Source: an uncultured Methanomassiliicoccales archaeon
Lineage (GTDB): Archaea > Thermoplasmatota > Thermoplasmata > Methanomassiliicoccales > UBA472
Direction: 5' to 3'
DNA: 64,000 nt
Assembly: GCA_963695345.1 (NCBI GenBank)
Contig: OY968769.1
Location: 1,920,001-1,984,000 of the forward strand
The notes beneath the pieces were generated by a model that ran no database searches, was not told where the DNA came from, and saw nothing but the letters and a program-made list of their open reading frames with translations. The position numbers and the translations under genes are program-made. Positions 21,892 through 31,066 of the stretch are shown here, piece after piece (positions within the stretch are counted from its first letter, which is position 1; each line of letters starts with the position of its first letter).

Positions 21892-22863
21892 ATGGCAGAA
21901 AAGAAGCAGTTCATCAGGGACCTTACCAAGGAGACCAAGGTCGACGACATGTTCTCGGTCAAGTTCAAGAAGCCAGTGCGCAAGAGCAAGAACGGTTTCA
22001 TGTTCGATGTCCGCGTCGGAGACAAGACCGGCGATATCGCGGTGAAGTACTTTGGCAACACCAACGAGATGGCGGTGCGCAAGGTATTCGATTCCATCAT
22101 ACCGGGAGGCGTTCTCCGCGTCAAAGGAAAGGCCCAGGAGTACAACGAGATCCTGGAGATCGCCATCAACCCGGACAACGGTGACATGGTGGTAGCCCTG
22201 GCCGAAGGCGAATATCGCCTCGAGGATTTCGTCCCGAGGACGGAGAAGGACATCAACCTGATGATGACCCAGCTGAATGGGTACATCAAGAAGGTCAAGG
22301 ACCCGAAGCTGCTGCAGCTGCTAAGCTATTTCTTCGCCGACGAGGCGTTCGTGGAGGAATTCAAGAAATGCCCCGCCGCAATAACCCATCACTGCAACTG
22401 GATCGGAGGGCTCCTGGAGCATACATTGGACGTCACCAAGCTCTGCGACACCATGGGAGACATGTATCCCCGGATGGACCGGGACCTGCTGCTGGCCGGC
22501 GCGATACTCCATGACATCGGCAAGGTGCATGAGTATGAGGTGACCACGAACATCGACTGCACCAACGAAGGAAGGCTGCGTGGCCATATCGTCATCGGTT
22601 CCGAGATGATCAGTTTCGCCATACGCACCATCCCGGAGTTCCCGGACAACCTGCGCATGAAGATCAGCCACATCATCCTCAGCAGCCACGGGGAACTGGA
22701 ATACGGTTCGCCGAAGGAGCCCTCGTTCCCGGAAGCGGTCGCAATAGCCCAGGCGGATACTCTGGACTCAAGGATACAGGAGATCGTCCGGGCCAAGCTC
22801 GATGCCAGGACCGAGGACGAGTGGGCTTGGAACAAGGAACTGGGCAGTATCTACCTGCGCTAA
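21892..22863 (+). CDS. OB-fold + HD-domain 3'-5' exoribonuclease (YhaM/Cbf1 family)
   Basis: GDKTGDI OB fold, PAA..HH..GGLLEHT, LHDIGK, GRLRGHI and SHG..EYGSP. Confidence 0.92.
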   Translation: MAEKKQFIRDLTKETKVDDMFSVKFKKPVRKSKNGFMFDVRVGDKTGDIAVKYFGNTNEMAVRKVFDSIIPGGVLRVKGKAQEYNEILEIAINPDNGDMVVALAEGEYRLEDFVPRTEKDINLMMTQLNGYIKKVKDPKLLQLLSYFFADEAFVEEFKKCPAAITHHCNWIGGLLEHTLDVTKLCDTMGDMYPRMDRDLLLAGAILHDIGKVHEYEVTTNIDCTNEGRLRGHIVIGSEMISFAIRTIPEFPDNLRMKISHIILSSHGELEYGSPKEPSFPEAVAIAQADTLDSRIQEIVRAKLDARTEDEWAWNKELGSIYLR

Positions 22864-22879
22864 AAAAAGGGTCCGTCCC

Positions 22880-23305
22880 TCAGGGGACGACCACCACCGG
22901 CATCTTCGCGTGTTGGGACACCTGGCTGGACACGCTGCCCATGAGGAACCCGCGGACTGCGCTATGCCCCCTCGTTCCCAGGACGATGAGGTCATATCCC
23001 CGCTCTGAAACGATGAGGATCTTCTCGGCAGCATTTCCGAACTCGATATCAGAGTCGGTACCAACGCCAGCCTCCGCAAAGATCGATTTTGCTTTCTCCA
23101 GGCGCTGCTCGCCAAAGCCCCTCTTCCCCTCATCCATGGACGTGGATTTCCCAGCAAGCATATCATGATCTGAGGAGGTAACAACGAAGATCAGCGTGAC
23201 ACTTGCTTCGAATTTCTTGGCAATTTGGGCGCCGAACGTGGCTGCTCTGTTTGAGTTGCTCGAGCCATCGATCCCGACGAGAATGCGCTTGATTTCAGTG
23301 GTCAT
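22880..23305 (-). CDS. Universal stress protein
   Basis: ILVGIDGS..DLIVLGTRG..MGSVS..PVVVVP. Confidence 0.92.
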   Translation of the reverse strand: MTTEIKRILVGIDGSSNSNRAATFGAQIAKKFEASVTLIFVVTSSDHDMLAGKSTSMDEGKRGFGEQRLEKAKSIFAEAGVGTDSDIEFGNAAEKILIVSERGYDLIVLGTRGHSAVRGFLMGSVSSQVSQHAKMPVVVVP

Positions 23306-23457
23306 GTTATCAGTATATGTTCCGAGCACAAGCCACTTAAAGATATTGTCGGGCGATTGCGAGAATTAATATGAAGACTTAATTCTCGCATCCATTTTTA
23401 ACCATGTTTTCAATATTGATCTCCCAGCTGTTTGATATCTGGGACAATAGTTCGCCA

Positions 23458-23928
23458 TTACTCCTCGAACAGCTCCCTTCCCTTCGTGAATATCTCGAGA
23501 CTGTTCAACTCGCCTATCAGTTTTCCCTCACCATCAACGACAGGAAGATCGGTGAAGTGGTCCTCGACCATAATCTGCAACGCCTTGGTTAACTTGTCCG
23601 ATCGTTTCACCGTCGGGACCTTCTCGATTACTCCTTCGACGCCCTCCTTGAGCATGTCCCTCATGAGCCTCCACAGGGACCAGTTAGCGAATTCTCTAAC
23701 ACCGACACGGTAGCCCAGGAGTCGGAGCAGGGTCTCGGTGGTGACGGCCCCCAGGTACTTCCCTTCCTCGTTTAGGACATAGACCTTTCGGGATACCGGG
23801 TTTTTAAGGAACTCGTCGAAGACCTGGCGGATTTTCGCTCCGGAATCGATGGTTGTCGGGACTTTGACCACCAGATCGTAAACATCTTCGACCAGCAGGT
23901 CCGAGAAGCTCTTCTTCATCTCCACCAT
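23458..23928 (-). CDS. CBS domain pair protein
   Basis: Two CBS repeats (VYVLNEEGKYLGAVT and LPVVDGEGKLIGEL). Confidence 0.88.
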   Translation of the reverse strand: MVEMKKSFSDLLVEDVYDLVVKVPTTIDSGAKIRQVFDEFLKNPVSRKVYVLNEEGKYLGAVTTETLLRLLGYRVGVREFANWSLWRLMRDMLKEGVEGVIEKVPTVKRSDKLTKALQIMVEDHFTDLPVVDGEGKLIGELNSLEIFTKGRELFEE

Positions 23929-23994
23929 GATGGTTAGTAGCGAAACAGGAATACTTAACCAAATCGCTCTGGCCAGTCGATTTGAAAAAAAGAA

Positions 23995-24339
23995 ATGCGG
24001 AGTGTCCCCCACCCCAAACAGATTGGTTCATGGACGACATGACTGTCTGTTCTCCCCACACTGACCCGGGGCGGGGGTTTAGTGTCGTGCACCGGGGTTG
24101 TCCTCCAGTCATGACGCGATAGTCTCATCGCAAGTTCCTGCAGGGACCCAAATTACGGGCACTGTGCGCATTCAGATTACTGAGAGGTTCACAGGTCCCC
24201 TCTACTTTTACCGAATGCATGGAGGGAGAGGATTGACCTGAACTTAAATCCTCTCTAGCGGCTACGCCATCATTCGTGCCTATTCATGAACCGGTCAATC
24301 TGTAAGGCTGATCTGAAATCTGTTTGAGTCTCCCCGCAT
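23995..24339 (-). ncRNA. Candidate large structured non-coding RNA (~345 nt), family unrecognised
   Basis: Ends pair with each other, several nested 8-12 bp helices have G-U pairs only on the minus strand, a T-tract follows immediately and a TTATAC is upstream. Confidence 0.65.
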
Positions 24340-24599
24340 AGCCTTCCAAAAAGTATAAGCTCCAGACATTATTTTCTCAATCTGGCTCAGACACAACTTA
24401 TCATCATGAAATCTCCTTTAAAGAATATTTGGGCTTGTGATCAGCTAACTTCCTTGAGTGACCTATATCCGGTCACTTGTGTCCACCTTGCCCAAATATC
24501 GTGACCGACCGATAGTGTAATCAAAGAGGAGTGTCAGTAATGACCGAAGACAACAATCACGGATTCACTGGGCGTGGCCCGGCATGGGGGTGTGAACAA

Positions 24600-25049
24600 A
24601 TGAACGAGTTTGAAGAGAACATGGAAGTCACGTTCGATCCAAGCAAGACAAAGGGATTTGGCTGGAGGGTGTCGACCTCAATCGTTACAGCGGTGGGATG
24701 GCTTTCTTTCGTGGTCCTATGGCTGTTCTTCTACGCGGACGAATATTCCATCTACCAGAACATAGGGGCGGTCATCGTTTCGCTGATCGTCTTCATCGGC
24801 ATCAATGGCGCCGTATGGGGAACCTGGGCCATGCGCATGGCCCCGAAGGATGCCATGGGCCCGTGGCGTCTCAGGGCGGTGGCATCGTTCATCTCCGGCG
24901 CTGCCTGGGTGGCATTCCTGCTGATCTGGCTGCTGGTCTACGCGGACAGCTACAGCATCTACCAGAACATCGCCGTCCTGTTCGTCTCGGTGCTGGTGCT
25001 GGGCGGCATCAATGGCGTGCTATGGAACAGGCATTCCCGCCCCTGGTGA
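24600..25049 (+). CDS. Small 4-TM membrane protein with internal duplication
   Basis: Two repeats W..F..WL..YAD.YSIYQNI....VS......NG..W. Confidence 0.75.
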   Translation: MNEFEENMEVTFDPSKTKGFGWRVSTSIVTAVGWLSFVVLWLFFYADEYSIYQNIGAVIVSLIVFIGINGAVWGTWAMRMAPKDAMGPWRLRAVASFISGAAWVAFLLIWLLVYADSYSIYQNIAVLFVSVLVLGGINGVLWNRHSRPW

Positions 25050-25104
25050 AATTGCAAACACCTTCCATCATCTTTTTCTGCTCGGAACTGCCAATAACAT
25101 AATG

Positions 25105-25990
25105 ATGACCGTAACGGTCGGCTGCAGCGGCTGGTCCTATGACGATTGGGTCGGTCGGTTCTTTCCGTTCGAGATCCGGGATGACAACGCCAAGCGTTTC
25201 GAGCACTACGCTGAGTACTTCAATTCGGTGGAGATCAATTCTACCTTCTACCGTATGCCCGGTGACAAGCAGGTCAACTCATGGGTGGAGAAGGCCAAGG
25301 TACATCCCGGGTTCGAGTTCTCGGCGAAGATGCCCCGGAGCGTAACCCACGAGGCACTGGTGAACGGAGATTGCAAGGAGGCGGTGAAGCACGCCCTGTT
25401 CTTCGAGCGCACGCTCGCCTTGCCATTGAACGAGGTCGGTGGCCTCGGCGCCATCCTGCTGCAGATGTCCCCCTCCTTTCATGACACGGGCGATTCCTTC
25501 GAACTTCTCACCCGATTCCTGGGCGAGCTGTCAGTCGGGGAATTCCACTACGCGATCGAGTTCCGCCACCGGTCCTGGCTCAACGACAAGCATCATCTGC
25601 TGGGAGACACCGTCAGGCTGTTGCGGGACAATCGCATCGCCAACGTCATCGTGGACGGTCCGGGTTTCCCCTACACGAGCGACCTGACGGCCGATTCCGC
25701 CTATGTCCGTTTCCATGGCCGGAACTTCGACATCTGGTATCATGATGAGAAGGAGGACGATGAGCGCATTGACCGGTACGATTACCTTTACACCGAGGAA
25801 CAGCTTTCGCCGTGGGTGCCCAGGATCAAGGAGATGGAAGACAGCGTGCCGAAGGTCCGGGTGTTCTTCAACAACCACGGTCGGGCCAAGTCGGCCAAGA
25901 ACGCCTTCGAGCTGATGGACATGCTGGGGATTCCGCACCAGTCCGAAGGTGGTGCATGTCCAGGACCAGGCAAGGATAGACGAGTTCTGA
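25105..25990 (+). CDS. DUF72 (YecE) family protein (probable frameshift near 25943)
   Basis: VGCSGWSYDDW, VEINSTFY, AIEFRH.SW, YVRFHGRN, YDYLY and VFFNNH. Confidence 0.92.
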
Positions 25991-26045
25991 GCGCAAAACG
26001 AGGGCAAGCTATATCCATGGGACAATGCAATTGCGGGCGGAGAGG

Positions 26046-28157
26046 ATGAAGGAACTTTTCGAACCGGCAAGCATAGCTGTGGTTGGGGCGGCCAGGGAGG
26101 AGAACAAGGTCGGCCACATCGTTCTACGCAATATCATCAGCTCCGGCTTCACCGGAAAGCTGTATCCGGTCAACCCCAAGTCGACGGAGATTCTGGGGCT
26201 GAGATGCTATGCCAGCATCTCGCTTGGTACCGGACAAGGTAGACCTGGTCGTCGTCACCACGCCGGCCCGGATAGTACCAGGAATAATCGAAGAGGCCGG
26301 CCGTAAGGGCACCAAGGCGGCCATCATCATTTCCGCCGGTTTCAAGGAGACCGGCAAGGACGGGGCTGAGCTGGAACGCAAGGTCGGCGAGATCGCCCGT
26401 TCCTACGGGATGAGGATACTGGGCCCCAACTGCCTGGGCATGATCAACACCCACAGCAAGATCAACGCCACCTTCACCAACCAATACCCGCAGGCCGGCA
26501 TCGATCGCCATCACCTCCCAGTCAGGCGCCATCTGCTCGGTCATGCTGGACTGGGCCCGGCGTACCAGCGTCGGATTCTCCAAGTTCGTCAGCGTCGGGA
26601 ACAAGCTGGACATCGACGAGGCGGACCTGCTCGAGTACTCTCGCGATGACGATCCGTTGACCAAGGTCATCGGGATGTACATCGAGGGGACCAACCGCGG
26701 CATCGAGTTCATGCGTCAGGCCAGGCTGACAACGAGGGAGCAAGCCGATCATCGCCCTCAAGGCCGGAAGGACCTCGTCCGGGGCCAAGGCAGCATCTTC
26801 CCACACCGGCGCGCTATCCGGCAGCGACAAGGTTTACGACGCGGCCCTGGCCCAGTCCGGCATCATCCGGGTCAAGACGATCGAGGAGCTGTTCGACCAT
26901 CTCACCCTTTTCTCCAGCATGCCGTTGCCCGAGGGCGACCGCATCGCCATCGTCACCAACGCCGGCGGTCTCGGAGTCATGGCGGCGGACGCATGCTCCG
27001 ATTACGGTCTGACCTTGGCATCGTTCAAGCCGGAGACCATCGAGCTGCTCAAGACCAAGCTGCCGGAGTCGGCCAACTTCTACAACCCGGTGGACGTGAT
27101 CGGTGACGCCGATGCCGACCGTTACTCCTTCGCGATCAACGCCATAATGAAGGATGACAGCGTCTCATGCATCCTGGCATTGATGGCGCCCGACCGACAT
27201 CGTCGACACGGCGGCGGTGGCCACGGCCTTGGCCAAGTTCGCCGGCAATTCGCACCAAACCGTTCGTCACCGCATTCGTCGGAGGGGCTGGCCTGGAGAA
27301 GGCGATCGGCATTCTCAGGACATCGGGCGTTCCCAACTATGATTCGCCCGACCGGGCGGTGCAATCGCTCAGCGCGATGGTATCGTACAAGCGGTTCAAG
27401 GACTCCAAGGAGGACGAGGGACCGGTCTCCTAGCCAGGGGGACAAGGTACGGACGAAGGCGGTGTCTGGACAAGGTCCGTTCCGAGAACCGGCTGATGCT
27501 GTCGGAGACCGAGGGGAAGGAAATCCTGCGCGCCTACGGAATCGACGTGCCGCTGGAAGGGATGGCCAAGGACGCCGACGAGGCGGTCAGGGAGGCACAG
27601 AGGATCGGATATCCGCTGGTCATGAAGATCGAGTCGCCGGACATCGCGCACAAGACCGATGTCGGCGGTGTCGTGGTCGACATCAGGAGCGATGACGAGG
27701 TCAGGACGCAGTTCCAGCTCATCATGGCCCGGGTCTCCTCCAGGATGCCCCAGGCGAAGATCGACGGTGTTTCCCTGGAACGGATGGTCAAGGGAAGGGA
27801 GGTCATCGTGGGCATGGTCCGGGACAACCAGTTCGGACCGGTGGTGACGTTCGGGCTGGGGGGCATATTCGTCGAGATAATGCGGGACGTGACCCAGAGG
27901 ATAGCTCCTTTAACCCGGCAGCGACGTTAATTACCATGATACAATCGATCAAGGCGTATCCGATACTCACGGGGCCAGAGGGCAGGCGTCCGGCGGATAT
28001 CGCGGCGCTCCAGGAGGTCATCGGCAGGCTGTCGCAGCTGGCCATCGATTTCCCCGAGCTGGCGGAGTTCGAGATAAACCCGGTCATCGTCGGCGACGAG
28101 GGTCAGGGGGCGAGCGCGGTGGACGCGCTCGCGACGATCAGGAGGGAAACAGCATGA
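26046..28157 (+). CDS. acdA: Acetate--CoA ligase (ADP-forming), alpha-beta fusion (multiple frameshifts)
   Basis: [63 protein letters not shown] and EINP. Confidence 0.9.
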
Positions 28158-29159
28158 GGTCATTGTTCTTGGGTTCGGCGGTGGAAAGGTCCGGAAAGAC
28201 GATGGTCACTCTGGGACTGGCGAAGAACTTCCCCGGCAAGGTCGGGTTCTTCAAACCGTTCAAGGAGACCCTAATGACGCTTGGACGACCGGGTGATCGA
28301 CCAGGACGCGTACCTGATGAAGAAGGCGCTGGGACTGCCCCAGACCGAGGAGGTCCTGAGCCCGTTCACCTACGACATGGAAAAACCGGTCGATATGGAC
28401 GAGATCGTCAAGGCCTACGAGAGAGCTGAAGGTGCAAGTGCGACCTGATGCTGATCGAGGGAACGAGGGAGATAACCACCGGTTTCCTGAACGACGTCTC
28501 CGGCATGGCCATCGCCGAGAACGTGCAGTCCGGACGTTGTACTGATATCGCGGGCCCGGTCATCGGACCTGGACAAGATCGCCATGCTGAAGCATATGAT
28601 GCGCCGCTACAAGGTGAATTTCCGCGGAGTCATCCTCAACATGAACGAGGACTCCAACGTGGTCAAGATGCTGGAATCGAAGCACATCCAGGTGCTGGGT
28701 TCGATCCCTCCGCTCAAGGAACTGTGCCGGTTCAGCGTGAAGGAGGTCGCGGACGCCCTGGGAGCGACGGTGATCGTGGCCGAGGACCGCACGGACCGGA
28801 TCGTGGAGGAGGTCATGGTCGGCGCCATGACGCCGGAGACGGCGCTGAAGACGATGAGGCGCTTCGCCAACAAGGCCATCATCACCGGGGGTGACCGTTC
28901 GGACATCCAGATGGCGGCCCTGTCCACCGACACATCATGCCTGGTGCTGACCGGAGGACTCTATCCCGACCGGCAGGTGGTGGCCAAGGCCTATGATCTG
29001 GGCGTCCCCATACTGCTGACGCGCCAGGACACCTTGAGCGCTTCCGAGACGATCGAGCACTTGATAGCCCGCATAGATCCGGACGACACCAAGAAGATCG
29101 AGCTGGTGGCCCGAACGGTGAAGGAGCATGTCGATCTGGATGCGGTGTATTCAGAGTGA
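28154..29159 (+). CDS. BioD-like phosphotransacetylase N-terminal / DRTGG-domain protein (frameshifted)
   Basis: SGKTMVTLGL..GFFKPF, VGAM, ITGGDRSDIQ..LVLTGG. Confidence 0.85.
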
Positions 29160-29237
29160 GCCGGGTCAACGGAACTCACGCACATGAGGGAATTTCTGGA
29201 ATAAGATTGATATCCCCCTTGGGCATTGTTCCTGGAC

Positions 29238-29537
29238 ATGGTAAAGGAAGTACATGCCGCGCACATCCTAGTCAAGACCCAAGACAAGGCCAAGGACCTC
29301 CTGGCCCAGATCAAGGCCGTTCCGCCGGCCGAGACGGGAAAGAAGTTCGGTGACCTGGCCAAGCAGTTCTCCGAGTGCCCCTCGGGCAAGAAGGGTGGCG
29401 ACCTGGGCTGGTTCACCAGGCAGAAGATGGTAAAGGAATTCGAAGACGAGGGCTTTGGCGGCAAGAAGGGAGACATTGCCGGGCCGTTCAAGACCCAGTT
29501 CGGATGGCATTTGATGTGGATCATCGATCAGAAGTGA
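29238..29537 (+). CDS. Parvulin-type peptidyl-prolyl cis-trans isomerase
   Basis: HAAHILVK..SECPS..GGDLGWF..MV.EF..TQFGWH. Confidence 0.93.
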   Translation: MVKEVHAAHILVKTQDKAKDLLAQIKAVPPAETGKKFGDLAKQFSECPSGKKGGDLGWFTRQKMVKEFEDEGFGGKKGDIAGPFKTQFGWHLMWIIDQK

Positions 29538-29627
29538 TCTAGACCCTGCTGAGGGGGCGCGGATGCTCTTTACCGTTCCGCGCCATCCTTGCCAACCTTT
29601 TTCTCGTCATTGACCATTGAGCAAGCG

Positions 29628-31065
29628 ATGAACGACGGTCAGGACGGCGTGGTACCTGAACCCCAGGTGCAGAACCCTTATGTCGACCAGAGGTACCAAT
29701 ACAGTTATCCGCGGCCACCTCCGAGGTCCGACAAGTCAACCGTGCTGATCGTGGTGATCATCGTCGTCGCGCTCATCGCCGTCTCCATCCTCGGTGCCTT
29801 CGTCCTGCTCCGATCGGCCAGAGACAATGACCCGGACGACAATGGGACGGTGCCGAACACCACCCTCACCGACCGGGACAACGATGGACACCCCGACAAT
29901 GTCGATCTCTTCCCAGACGATCCCTCGGAATGGTCGGACGGCGATGGGGACGGCATCGGGGACAATGACGACCCGCTCTTTGACGACCTCGATAACGACG
30001 GTTATCCAGACGCAACGGACCTGTTCCAGAACCGGGACGTAGGCATCCTGGTCAACCTGACGCGGGCAAATGTGATAGACTCGGTAGACTTTACGAGCAA
30101 CGAGGCCAATGTGTACTTCACCCTCTCCATCGATGGGGACTATAAAGGAAGGATCGACAACGGCGGGGAAGTCTGGGATGACAATGTCGGCAGTCCTTTC
30201 ACCATAGATGACAGCTACCGGTACAACGTGAACGATACCCAGCGGTTCACCAACATATCGATCTCGATGTGGGACGAGGATTTCGTTAGCAGCGACGACA
30301 CGATAGACATCGATGGCAGTTCCCAATCCGGGAGGTCCCTGGAGATCAGGTACGATCTGGTCACCGGGATCTGGACCGGCGATGATGCGACCGGAGTCGG
30401 CGTCCGGCTCGTTGGATGGGACGCAGTCCTCGGACGATGACGACGGATCGTTGTGGTATGGCGTTACCACGGTCACCATGCTCTCCAACAAGCATTACCA
30501 GTGGGAATATGGCGATGAGTCGTATTCACTGGACCTGAACGTGACGGCCAAGGACTACTACTCCTATCGCAACAACGGCGCCGACCGCAGCCCCCAGTTC
30601 GAATCGAAGATGGTCTCCTTCGTCACCTCCGGCGACCCGGTCGTCGTCGACCTGGCGCAGAAACTGAAGGCCATCGCCACCAGCAAAGGGTTCGACCAGG
30701 CGCAGACGGAGAATCTCGCGCTCGCCTTCTGCCAGGGCATCCTTTACTCGTACGATAACATCTCCGAAGGGCCGGACGAGTATTGGCGTTACTCGGTTGA
30801 GACATTGTACGATGAGACCGGTGATTGTGAGGACAAGTCGATACTCTTCGCCTCGGTCACCGAGGCGATGGGGTTCGATTCCGTGCTCCTGCTGATGACC
30901 GGGCACATGGCCGGCGGGATCGCGCTGGCCGGGGGCGACGGGACATACGTCGAGGAGGCCGGCGTGAACTATTACTACTGCGAGACGACCGGTGTTGGCT
31001 GGCTGGTGGGCGAGCTGCCGCCGGACATGGAAGGGGAAGAGGTCGAGGTCGTCCAGGTCTCCTGA
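29628..31065 (+). CDS. Membrane-anchored protein with TSP3-like Ca-binding repeats and transglutaminase-like cysteine protease domain (frameshift near 30400)
   Basis: N-terminal TM, DxDxDG repeats (DRDNDGHPDNVDLFPDDPSEWSDGDGDGIGDN), and ETLYDETGDCEDK, GHMA, YYYCETTG. Confidence 0.8.
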
Positions 31066-31066
31066 G

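Noticed and set aside
23995-24339. Identification of the structured RNA as RNase P, SRP RNA, tmRNA, tRNA-Pyl or a group I intron
   Set aside because: There is no GAGGAAAGUCC/ACAGAA..GCUUA pair, no helix-8 CAGG..GNRA..AGCAG, no T-arm or CCA end, and no host gene. An AGACTA alone is not enough for a group I core.
27425-27445. In-frame TAG in acdA as a possible pyrrolysine codon
   Set aside because: The homologous sequence continues in a different frame, so an inserted base (TAC to TAGC) is more likely than amber read-through.
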